NCBI GenBank assembly: GCA_963697895.1
Contig: OY969100.1
Span: 2,027,726-2,091,725, forward strand
Length of the DNA stretch: 64,000 nucleotides
Reading direction: 5' to 3'
Source: an uncultured Methanomicrobiales archaeon
GTDB taxonomy: Archaea; Halobacteriota; Methanomicrobia; Methanomicrobiales; Methanospirillaceae
Shown here: piece after piece, positions 41,406 through 50,186 of the stretch
Layout of the letters: each line of letters begins with the position of its first letter
How positions within the stretch are numbered: the first letter of the stretch is position 1
Position numbers and translations under genes: made by a program
The notes under the pieces: model-generated
What the model saw: the letters and a program-made list of their open reading frames with translations, nothing else
Database searches by the model: none
What the model was told of the DNA's origin: nothing

Positions 41406-41957
41406 ATGAGTATGATCGGCAGTCAGAAACGCCGGATTACGAAAACCGGCTTAGTCGTTCTGTCCATAGGCATGGTGCTCCTGGTGGCCGCCATGCTCTC
41501 GGCCGGGTGTACATCCGCTCCGGCCGGTGCGAAGGTGAATGATACCGTTAAAGTGTATTATAATGTTTCTGTAGCGGGTGGTCCCGTCTTTGAGTCCAAT
41601 TTCAATGGAACTCCGATAGAATTTACCATTGGTTCGGGCACATTAATTAAGGGATTTGAGCAGGCAGTGATCGGGATGACCCCCGGAGAAATAAAGCAGG
41701 TCACGATTCCACCCGAGGATGCCTACGGTCCGGTAAAGCCGGAATTGATCAATACATACCCGCGTACGGGAAATCTGAGCACCATGGATCTCCAACCCGG
41801 ATACATGACCTATCAGACGCCCGACGGAAAAACGGGGCAGGTCCTTATCCTGAATGTTACGCCCACGACGGTAACCGTCGATGAGAACCACCCGCTTGCA
41901 GGGAAAACACTGGTTTTCAATATTCAGCTCGTGGAGATCGAGAAGAATACGGCATAA
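41406..41957 (+). CDS. FKBP-type (SlyD-like) peptidyl-prolyl isomerase with lipoprotein signal
   Basis: LSAGC lipobox, LIKGFEQA, PPEDAYG and DENHPLAGKTL.F. Confidence 0.9.
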   Translation: MSMIGSQKRRITKTGLVVLSIGMVLLVAAMLSAGCTSAPAGAKVNDTVKVYYNVSVAGGPVFESNFNGTPIEFTIGSGTLIKGFEQAVIGMTPGEIKQVTIPPEDAYGPVKPELINTYPRTGNLSTMDLQPGYMTYQTPDGKTGQVLILNVTPTTVTVDENHPLAGKTLVFNIQLVEIEKNTA

Positions 41958-42729
41958 CCGGAAAGAAAATCAACACAATATCTCTTTTCCTATTATTGCA
42001 AGAATATGCGGGCATTTCGCGAGGAACCGATGATTGTTATAGGAAACTCCCCGGTTCGGGACGATTCAATTGAAATAAAAACTAATATGCCACCAAATTC
42101 TGAAAAGGAGCAGATAGATTCGTTTAGCTGACCGGTGAGATCACCTCACCGGCCGATACATTCCGATACCTTTTTAGGTTGAATGTAGTATGAGAACTAG
42201 GTGTACCGAATCCCGCTCCATCATCGTATGCCTGTTGTGATGCTTATATTAATGCCACCTTGATTGTAAGGCGTTCATTCAGGCAGCGTCCCCTGCGGAC
42301 CGGTGCACCTATAATCTGGATTCATTCTTTAGGTATATAAATTAGTATACTTACGGACCCTAAATGAGGCTTTTTTGCGTGAGCGTCAGTCAAATTATCA
42401 CGCTTCTGTAAAACAAAGTTCAATACATTCATCTTCATTTAAAATGACCAGATTGGTAAAATAATCTTTATTTATCTTTTATTTTGGATCATCTTTCTGC
42501 GCATGCCTGCAAAAACCGACAGGAGATATTTCCTCTCCGGAGCCCGGGTTCGCATGAATATACTGTCTGAACCGGGGAATCCGGGGGAGGTGCCGCATCG
42601 TTTGGGTGCAGATTTGGGGGGAGTTCTGCATGACAATTTCCCGGATCGAATTGGGGAAACATTCTGGTTTGCCCGCATTTTTCCCGGGAATTTGCCGAAT
42701 CCGCTAAAATAGATGATCAGAACTGCAGA

Positions 42730-42803
42730 TGGGCCCGGCCGGATTCGAACCGGCGACCTCCGCCGTGTAAGGGCGACGTCATAACCGACTAGACCACGAG
42801 CCC
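42730..42803 (-). tRNA. tRNA-Val (TAC)
   Basis: GGGCTCG/CGGGCCC acceptor stem, anticodon loop CTTACAC, GGTTCGAATCC T-arm, no encoded CCA. TATA-like TTTAATA upstream. Confidence 0.97.
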
Positions 42804-43316
42804 CGGTCCTGGTACTATTGGATCCGTTCTTATTAAATTCTTGGCTGAAAGGCGACCTTCGGAATCCCGGTTGGATTATCCAAGAAAAATTGAAAACATC
42901 TTTCACGGTGGAAAAAACCTCCTGCGTTTCATTCATGAGGACAATGAAAGGCGCAGTACCCCGCACGATCGGTAGACTTCCCGTCCATTATTCCTGTGAA
43001 GTCGTCCAATCCTCCTTTGTAAAAAATTCGGTCGCGATGAGCAGGATATTCTCCCCCGATGTCAGATGCCCGATATTTAAAAACAGCTGCCGAAAAGAAT
43101 TTTAAATCTCTTTAATGATAGGGTGATACGACAATTCAGGCAACATTTGTGGCATTTGCGAGCAAATAATAAAACGAAATGCTTAAATATGCATGAACAA
43201 ATAGCCTATCTTCCGTCCCAGCGAGCAAGAGTACCCCTGAATAGAGAACAGGTACCAGAACTCGCCATTGCCAGTACCCGATATCAAAATAATACGATCA
43301 AGGAAGGCGAACTACC

Positions 43317-44162
43317 ATGAAAACAGATACGAAGAGGCTATATGGTCTTATCCTGCTGATATGTCTCGTTCTTTTGCTGCTAACCGCATCGGTAACAGCG
43401 GCAACGACGGGTACAATCTCCATATCGTCGAGCCCGAGCAGGGCTACGATACTACTCGATGGCTCCAGTACAGGGAAGACCACTTCAGCGACCCTTAAAA
43501 ATGTACCGGCAGGAACCCATACGATCACCCTGAAACTGTCGGGTTACCAGGATCTCTCAAAGACGGTACAGGTAAGGGCGGGTCACACGTCCACTCTCAC
43601 CGGCCTGAAACTGGTGAAGATATCCACACCGACTCCAACACCCCGGCCATTGCCGACGGCAACATCGACACCCAGACCTTCGTCCACGTCAACGCCGACC
43701 GTAATTCCCACAACACCGGTTACCCCGGTACCGGGCGACAGCCAGATCTCACGGGTGGAACAGGCAATATTCAAGTACACAAATATTGAACGGCAGAACA
43801 ACGGGAAGGCTCCCTTGATCTGGGACACGAAGCTGGCATCGGCTGCCCGTTCCCACAGCGAAGACATGGCGAAAAACCGGTTCTTTTCTCATACGAGCTA
43901 CGATGGCAGATCTCCGGGCCAGCGGCTGAATGCCCTCGGATTCTATGCATGGGGAGAGAATATCGCGGCGACCGGTTTTTACACCCTGAACAGCGATCCG
44001 GATGCGGTCGGAAAGGGCATCGTGCAGATGTGGATGAACAGCGACGGTCACCGGGCAAATATTCTCGGGGATTCGATCAACTTCAACCGGATCGGGGTTG
44101 GCGTGGCGTACAACTCACAGTACTACGGGTACCTGGCCACCCAGGACTTTGCACGCGTCTGA
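43317..44162 (+). CDS. Secreted PEGA + Thr/Pro linker + CAP/SCP domain protein
   Basis: Signal peptide, PEGA (S.PS.A.I.LDG...G.T), TP-rich linker, HSEDM, GENIA and WMNSDGHRANIL. Confidence 0.9.
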   Translation: MKTDTKRLYGLILLICLVLLLLTASVTAATTGTISISSSPSRATILLDGSSTGKTTSATLKNVPAGTHTITLKLSGYQDLSKTVQVRAGHTSTLTGLKLVKISTPTPTPRPLPTATSTPRPSSTSTPTVIPTTPVTPVPGDSQISRVEQAIFKYTNIERQNNGKAPLIWDTKLASAARSHSEDMAKNRFFSHTSYDGRSPGQRLNALGFYAWGENIAATGFYTLNSDPDAVGKGIVQMWMNSDGHRANILGDSINFNRIGVGVAYNSQYYGYLATQDFARV

Positions 44163-44262
44163 AAATATCGGGGAATTCTTAATATTCCCGGGATCTGGGC
44201 TTTTCTGCCCATCTCTTTTTTCCCCGACCCTCTGATGACCCGATATATATAGCAAAAACAAA

Positions 44263-44925
44263 TTAATGGTCATCGAACCCTCCCAACTTCGGGAGATACC
44301 GCGGTTCTTTTTTAAACGTCGCAACAATCTCCGATCTCAAGCGATCTTCTCCGCGGATTCTCATGCACCACTGCCGCAGGTCGATCCGGACCGGGGTGAG
44401 GAGCGGGAACAGCCCGATAACTTCCTCCGGGGAAAAATAATGGGTGATTATTCCTCCCCCCCGCCGAAGGGTACCAGGTTCAACCATCGTTCCTCTTCCA
44501 GCCCTCATGTCATCGGTTGCAAACGCGGCGAAGAAAATTAGACCATTATTTTTGAGCACCCGTGTCGCTTCTTCCGCACACAGAACCCGTTCGGGGAGGA
44601 AAAGGTGTCCGAGCAGGTGATTGCAGAAGACAGCATCAAATGCACGCTCCCTGAAGGGAAGTCTTGCTGCGTCAGCAATAATAAACCCGTCAACTGATCC
44701 GGCATCCTTCACCTGCCGGCAGAATCCGATGGCGGCAGGGGAGCAGTCGATCGCGGTAATCTGCCATTTGCGATCGATCATCGGACGGATTATGGTGCCG
44801 TTGCCGCAGCCGAGATCAAGGACTTGTGTTCCGGAGGGAAGATCCGGGAGAGGACGCGGAGAACCTCCCCAGAGTCTCCCTCTTACCTGGTATAACCGGT
44901 CCCACGAGTCCCGGAGATTTTTCAC
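44263..44925 (-). CDS. Class I SAM-dependent methyltransferase
   Basis: VLDLGCGNG and ADAARLPF. Likely GTG start at 44925, about 26 nt after an ATATTAAT box; ORF is open to 45024. Confidence 0.88.
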   Translation of the reverse strand: MKNLRDSWDRLYQVRGRLWGGSPRPLPDLPSGTQVLDLGCGNGTIIRPMIDRKWQITAIDCSPAAIGFCRQVKDAGSVDGFIIADAARLPFRERAFDAVFCNHLLGHLFLPERVLCAEEATRVLKNNGLIFFAAFATDDMRAGRGTMVEPGTLRRGGGIITHYFSPEEVIGLFPLLTPVRIDLRQWCMRIRGEDRLRSEIVATFKKEPRYLPKLGGFDDH

Positions 44926-45095
44926 CCGGACGGTTTGATCCGGAAAAAAGATTAATATTGCCCTGTGTTCGTCAGGGGGGGGCCCGGCGAACGGAACTAT
45001 CTCCTGATTCTGGTTTTCGGACATGTCCGGGCAATTGCCCTTTCAGTGTATGCGGAGATGATCTCGGCGGTCACGGGGCAGGGCCTCACCGGTAA

Positions 45096-45265
45096 AAGGG
45101 TTCTCCGGACCGGAGCCTTTTCAATCTGCGGTCCGGGTGCACTAAGGAGACGATTATCAATATCCTGAAAAATGGAAGAAATATCCCGCATTTAGGGGGG
45201 GGCCGGATACCCCCCTTGAAGATGGCGACCAGGTGGCAATCTTTCCTCCTGTTAGCGGCGGGTAA
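45096..45265 (+). pseudogene. Decayed SAMP/MoaD ubiquitin-like sulfur carrier
   Basis: INILKNGRNI in one frame and DTPLEDGDQVAIFPPVSGG* in another. Shift lies at 45185-45202; in-frame TAA at 45093; no start codon. Confidence 0.8.
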
Positions 45266-45271
45266 CGCTCT

Positions 45272-46219
45272 TTACATTAATCCAAACGATTTCAGGGTGA
45301 CATCGGGGTTCACGGCCCCTACATGGTACATGACGCCTTCGGTGAGTTCATTGATAATGACCTCGGCAGGGGAGAACAGAGAAGTGTCAATCTGATAGAA
45401 ATCAAACTTCGCTTCCTTGAAGATCTCATAAAAGGGCTTTCCATAACCCTTGGATTTGTTACTCGGGATACGTTCGAGGTAGTCCTTTATCTCCGGAGCT
45501 TTCATGGTGAGCATGATCCGCCCGTAATAGATCGTTGCATCATTGGTGGTTCCCATCGCTCGTGTCGCATCCTTCTTGACCGGCGGGATAGGAGCCGTAC
45601 CCATGCCGGAGACGATCTTCCGGGTGTCAAATCCGAGCTCGTTCAGTTTATAGATAGCCGTCTCGACGCAGCGGCCGGATACCTGGATCGAACCGACAGT
45701 GGATGCCGTCGGGGCGACCACGGCACACACGTTCGCCACATCGATCTGGCACTCCTCTGCGATCTTCTGCATAACCGCACCGTTGGGGAGATGATCGCTT
45801 TCGAGGGCGATCACTGCCGAATCAAAGTCATCCTCGTAATCGATAACCTCAAACGTATGCTTTGGTTTCAGTGAAAGCGCCCGTGCAGGCCCGCTCCCCA
45901 TCGCAAAATAGTTATTATGCTTTATCGTCCACCCCGCCTTCTGGGCACCAAGACAGGATATCGAGGGAAAGTCCGTAAACACGTCGATAAAGGGCAGAGG
46001 GAATTCCTTGATATGTCCCATCCGGAAATTCACCTCTCCCAGGCCACCCATACAGATCTCGGTAAAAGCTCTCCCGGCTGCATATCCTCCGGTTGTGCTG
46101 ACTCCGCAATCTACAATCCGTGCGCCATTGTCGAGCTCGTGATACGCAGCATTGAACTCTTCAGCATATTCTGCAAGGTTCTCAAATATTTCGAGTGCCA
46201 GTTCATTCACACTGAGCAT
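45272..46219 (-). CDS. mch: Methenyl-H4MPT cyclohydrolase
   Basis: MLSVN, QKAGW, MGSGPARAL, MGTTND and SLFSPA. Confidence 0.97.
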   Translation of the reverse strand: MLSVNELALEIFENLAEYAEEFNAAYHELDNGARIVDCGVSTTGGYAAGRAFTEICMGGLGEVNFRMGHIKEFPLPFIDVFTDFPSISCLGAQKAGWTIKHNNYFAMGSGPARALSLKPKHTFEVIDYEDDFDSAVIALESDHLPNGAVMQKIAEECQIDVANVCAVVAPTASTVGSIQVSGRCVETAIYKLNELGFDTRKIVSGMGTAPIPPVKKDATRAMGTTNDATIYYGRIMLTMKAPEIKDYLERIPSNKSKGYGKPFYEIFKEAKFDFYQIDTSLFSPAEVIINELTEGVMYHVGAVNPDVTLKSFGLM

Positions 46220-46282
46220 TATGAAACCCCCTACACACCACATACCAAATGGTTGTGAACCAGATAAGATTTGTCAAATGTG

Positions 46283-47407
46283 TCAGGAGAGGTAAGAGAG
46301 CACCCGGGCCGGATCGTACCGGAGGCTGATCAACCGGGTTCGTCCCTTCCCCTCCCGGTACTGCAGGTTTACGAGACGCATGGCATCGAATTTTTTGATT
46401 ATTTCGTAAAAACGGGTATATCCGATGCCCATCGACTCCTTGACCGCCTTATAGACCTCTCCCGCATTCATCTCACCCCCTTCACCCGAGCGGACGGCAA
46501 GGGTCCTCAGGAGTTGTTTCTCCTCGTCTTTCAGGGTCTTAACAGAGTATGCGAGATGGAGGTATTTCGAGACGGAATATGCACCACAGATATCCTCCCT
46601 CTCGATCACCTTCCGTGCATTTTTTTCGGCATTAAGGACAGCACGTTTGAGAAGGTCGATCCCCACACGAAGGTCACCACTCTTCAGGGTCTGACTGACG
46701 ACCAGGTCGAACATGGCGTCACCGAGCACGCCGGGATACAAACCCTGGAGGATCCGTTCCCGCATGATCTCAGCAACTTCGTCCTCTGAATATGGGGGAA
46801 AGTAGATATCGGTCGGCCGGAACACCGATGATACCCGGGCGTCCACCACGCGGGAGATGTCCACATCGAGATCGCTGATGATCACGATCACCCCGATCCG
46901 CGTGCCCGGATATGCCTCATGTGACCGGAGCAGGGTATACAGCACCTTGTTGAGCTCATTTTCATAGAGGAGATAGTTCGCATCATCCAGACAGACGAGG
47001 AGGACCTGCTCCTCTTTCTGGAGCAGGCGGGCGATCGCATCGAAGACCTGCTTGAACGAGGTTCCCGATGAGGGAGGAAGATGACCTGACAGTCGGCGAT
47101 AGATCTGGGAGAAGATGGCAAACTTTGTATTGTCGATCTGACAGTTGATATAAACCGGGACCAGTTTCTTCGTCGTCTCCGCGATCTCTCCGAAGAGTTT
47201 CCGGACGCTTGTCGTCTTCCCGGTCCCGGGAAGACCCCTGCAGATGGTGTTGAGCGGGCGTCCTCCCCGCAATCCCGGTCGAATCTGGAAGGCGAGCTCC
47301 CGCATCTGATCCTCCCGGTGATTGAACTGCTCGGGGACGTAATCGAGTTCGAAAACCTCCGGATCCCGAAACAGGGTCTCATCCCACATCAGCAGGTCTT
47401 TCTTCAT
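46283..47407 (-). CDS. cdc6: ORC1/Cdc6 replication initiator family
   Basis: DYVPE, GLPGTGKT, LDDA, FPPYS, GDLRVGI and a winged-helix C-terminus. Confidence 0.95.
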   Translation of the reverse strand: MKKDLLMWDETLFRDPEVFELDYVPEQFNHREDQMRELAFQIRPGLRGGRPLNTICRGLPGTGKTTSVRKLFGEIAETTKKLVPVYINCQIDNTKFAIFSQIYRRLSGHLPPSSGTSFKQVFDAIARLLQKEEQVLLVCLDDANYLLYENELNKVLYTLLRSHEAYPGTRIGVIVIISDLDVDISRVVDARVSSVFRPTDIYFPPYSEDEVAEIMRERILQGLYPGVLGDAMFDLVVSQTLKSGDLRVGIDLLKRAVLNAEKNARKVIEREDICGAYSVSKYLHLAYSVKTLKDEEKQLLRTLAVRSGEGGEMNAGEVYKAVKESMGIGYTRFYEIIKKFDAMRLVNLQYREGKGRTRLISLRYDPARVLSYLS

Positions 47408-47449
47408 ATACACTCCTCAGGATCCACCGTATATAACCTCACCGTTCTT

Positions 47450-48280
47450 TTATCCGGTCTTTTTCATGCAGGATCGGCAGAGGGTCCTGCTTGCAAAAAG
47501 CTGGCTCATCTTCCGCTCGGTCTCGGTGATCGGGGCGCCGCATTCTTCGCAGGTCAGACCCCCTGACGGAGGGGGATTCCCCGCCGGGGACTCAGCGACC
47601 GGTTTTGGGGCTTTTTGTGTTTTGTCACCCGGTGGATGCGTATCATCCGGTAAGGACGGACTTCCGGCCGGGGTACCGGTATAAGGGCGGGGTGACAGGA
47701 CCGGTTTGGGAGAAGAACCCGGAGCGGACGAATCTCTCCTCGCCTGGCCGGGGGGTGAAGCTCCCGGTTTTGCAGGACTCCGGGTCCCGGTAGTTCCTGC
47801 GACTGTCTCTATGGCAGAAGGGCCGGATTTCAGAGTACTTTCCGGGGTAGCGGGATTTCCGGGTGCACCCGGCATGGGATGCATAGAGTGCTCTCCGGCT
47901 GAAGAAGAGGTACCTGGCCGGGCTGCAGGATTCGGGGCTACCGGCTTCTTCCGGGGGGTGTTCGCGGGACCGGTGCCGGGCCGGGTTACATCTGCAAGGA
48001 TATCAGCCGGGAGGGGGCAGACCCCGTCCTGGCAGCCGGCCACGCCGGCCGGAACCCGGTCCGGTGCGTTCCGGGAGAGTACCCGTTGCCGGTAGCTGTC
48101 GATCCGCTCTGCGGTTGCCGGATCTCCCCTTCCCATCTGACCGAGCACGGTGTCGAGATATGCGATGAGATCATTCGCATCTTCTGGAGAATCCACTTCA
48201 CCGTTCACTTCGAGCCGGAGATTCTCATAGTGTTCGAGGTTTACGGTGACACCGATCGCAAGTGTCTTTCGGGATCCCAT
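47450..48280 (-). CDS. Hypothetical protein: small N-terminal domain, Pro-rich linker, C-terminal Zn ribbon
   Basis: VTVNLEHYENLRLEV at the N-terminus and CEECG...LCRSC at the C-terminus. Start ATG 48280. Confidence 0.8.
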   Translation of the reverse strand: MGSRKTLAIGVTVNLEHYENLRLEVNGEVDSPEDANDLIAYLDTVLGQMGRGDPATAERIDSYRQRVLSRNAPDRVPAGVAGCQDGVCPLPADILADVTRPGTGPANTPRKKPVAPNPAARPGTSSSAGEHSMHPMPGAPGNPATPESTLKSGPSAIETVAGTTGTRSPAKPGASPPGQARRDSSAPGSSPKPVLSPRPYTGTPAGSPSLPDDTHPPGDKTQKAPKPVAESPAGNPPPSGGLTCEECGAPITETERKMSQLFASRTLCRSCMKKTG

Positions 48281-48368
48281 AGTACAATAGTCCTCCGGCA
48301 CTCTCTTATGACTTGCGTAAGGAGGGAAGAAAGCGGTAATTATCCCCGGATGATCGGAGTTTGCCTGG

Positions 48369-49910
48369 TCACACCTGGGGAATTGTCCGGACGACCGCAC
48401 CGGAATTCCGGCCGCCGGAAAGGAGCGTGGTTCCACCACAGAGCCCGTCCATGAATTCGCGGAGGGTTTTTTCCAGATCCACCATTCCGGTGTCACCGAT
48501 CGCAAAGAGGACCGGTCCGAATGAGCTCATTCCGTATGCCGGAGCCCCCGCTTCTTCCAGAAAAAAGAGGAGATCCCGGATCGCCTGTGGCTGCATCTCG
48601 CGCTCGGCCTTTTTGAATCCAAGCTGCTGAATCCGGTTCACGGCCGCCCCGAAGAGATCCAGATCTTCTTCGACAAGGCCGGGGAGCAGACGCATCAGGA
48701 TCTCATGGCAGATCTCCCGGACATCGGCTTCCGGTACAGGGCAGCAGCCACTGAACAGGTCCTGTTCACGCCGTCCGCTCACGGTCTCTCCGCCTGACGG
48801 TATCACGAGAAGGATCTTCCAGGCTTCCGGAAACGGATGGTGCACGGTTACCGATGCCGGAATTACCCCGCGGGAGGCCGCGCTCGGAAGGAAACCGGTC
48901 TTCCCGCCATTCGTGCCGAAGGAATGACCACCATCGATGATGAACCCTCCGGTTTCGAAGGCGGCAGTGCCGATCCCCGAGGTGCCCCCTCTCCCGACGA
49001 TCATCGCGAGCTCCCGGACTGTCCGCGGGTACTTATACAGCACACAGAGGGAATGGGCCGCGGCGAGCCCGAGCTGGGTACCGCTTCCGAGTCCTATGTG
49101 GCGTGGGTACCAGGTTTGCAGCCTGAATGAAGCTGCACCGGGGAGCTGGAGGGCCGAGATGGTGGCTTCTGCCGCTCTCCGGATCACGTCCCGGCATCCT
49201 GCATCGCCCCCTTCCACCTGTATCGTGGATGCCTCCTCGGTCCAGAGAATAATGCGGGGCTCCCGGAGGGTGATCCCTATCCCGCCATCCACGCGCCCCA
49301 ACCCTCCGTTCAGGTCGATCAACCCGAGATGAAGCCGTGATGGAGATTCCGTTATTACCCTCTGCCGATCCCGGAATGCATGGCAGGGAAACGTCTCCTG
49401 AATGGCAATCAACGGGGCGCCATTGTGGATGATACGGTATTCACGACTGAGCAGGGGTTCAACGGGGAAAGACGGAAAGGCGCCGCTCGAAGAAGCATCC
49501 GGCGCATGCACCCAGGCCCGCGTGATCTCCCGCCGGGACTCGATCCGATGGGCCTGGAGGATCCTCCCGATGGGGATATCCGCACGCATGAGGTCATCCC
49601 GGATGGCTGATGAGAGCCGGGAGACGGGAGTATCCGATATCGCGTGGATCAACACCTCACCGGTTCGGGTACTCCGGAGTTCCACGACACGGTGGTTTAC
49701 CGGCTCCCCCTCCTGGCATTCGAGGCGCATGGTTGCTATGTGGTCTGCGGGAACCACTTCCTGGAGAAGTGTCCGGATCTCTACCGGGAATCCGGTTGCG
49801 AGTTCAAGCAGCCTCGTGACAGAGCCGTCCGTTCCGAGGAGAACCTTCTGGAGCGGGGATAGCCTCCCGATGCATCCCTCTATCTCGGAGAGCCAGTCGG
49901 AATTTGCCAT
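48369..49910 (-). CDS. mptG: Fusion of chorismate-lyase-like (DUF98) domain and beta-RFAP synthase
   Basis: N-terminal LLGTDGSVT.LL and DIPIGRI; C-terminal SRLHLGLID, HIGLGSGTQ, RGGTSGIG and SSFGP (GHMP fold). Confidence 0.9.
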   Translation of the reverse strand: MANSDWLSEIEGCIGRLSPLQKVLLGTDGSVTRLLELATGFPVEIRTLLQEVVPADHIATMRLECQEGEPVNHRVVELRSTRTGEVLIHAISDTPVSRLSSAIRDDLMRADIPIGRILQAHRIESRREITRAWVHAPDASSSGAFPSFPVEPLLSREYRIIHNGAPLIAIQETFPCHAFRDRQRVITESPSRLHLGLIDLNGGLGRVDGGIGITLREPRIILWTEEASTIQVEGGDAGCRDVIRRAAEATISALQLPGAASFRLQTWYPRHIGLGSGTQLGLAAAHSLCVLYKYPRTVRELAMIVGRGGTSGIGTAAFETGGFIIDGGHSFGTNGGKTGFLPSAASRGVIPASVTVHHPFPEAWKILLVIPSGGETVSGRREQDLFSGCCPVPEADVREICHEILMRLLPGLVEEDLDLFGAAVNRIQQLGFKKAEREMQPQAIRDLLFFLEEAGAPAYGMSSFGPVLFAIGDTGMVDLEKTLREFMDGLCGGTTLLSGGRNSGAVVRTIPQV

Positions 49911-50109
49911 GTCTCTCCATCTCGCTGAGGGCTACTTATATTTACGCACGTCCATGTGCCCGCAGGCCCTGCACCCCTCGAACGAAGATCGTAACCCCGC
50001 CCCGCCTCTTCTTAAGGCATTCCATGACGGGCATTCGTCATTCTCCAGTCCCGGCTGCCTTTTAAGGAGTAAGGTGCTATATTAACCCAGTCGAATATCG
50101 GGGTCGCTG

Positions 50110-50169
50110 CCGGCAGATGATGATAGTTACCCCCACTGACCTGATGATGAAGCACGGGCCTGATGCCGG
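50110..50169 (+). ncRNA. Box C/D methylation-guide sRNA
   Basis: Terminal stem CCGGCA/TGCCGG; C ATGATGA 50117-50123; D' CTGA 50136-50139; C' ATGATGA 50144-50150; D CTGA 50160-50163. TATA-like box upstream and T-run downstream. Confidence 0.92.
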
Positions 50170-50186
50170 TCAGTTGATGCGCTTTT

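Noticed and set aside
43620-43735. Repeat-like sequence in the CAP protein gene
   Set aside because: Encodes a Thr/Pro linker; not a DNA repeat array.
46220-47449. Replication origin beside cdc6
   Set aside because: Flanking gaps are under 65 bp and show no ORB repeats.
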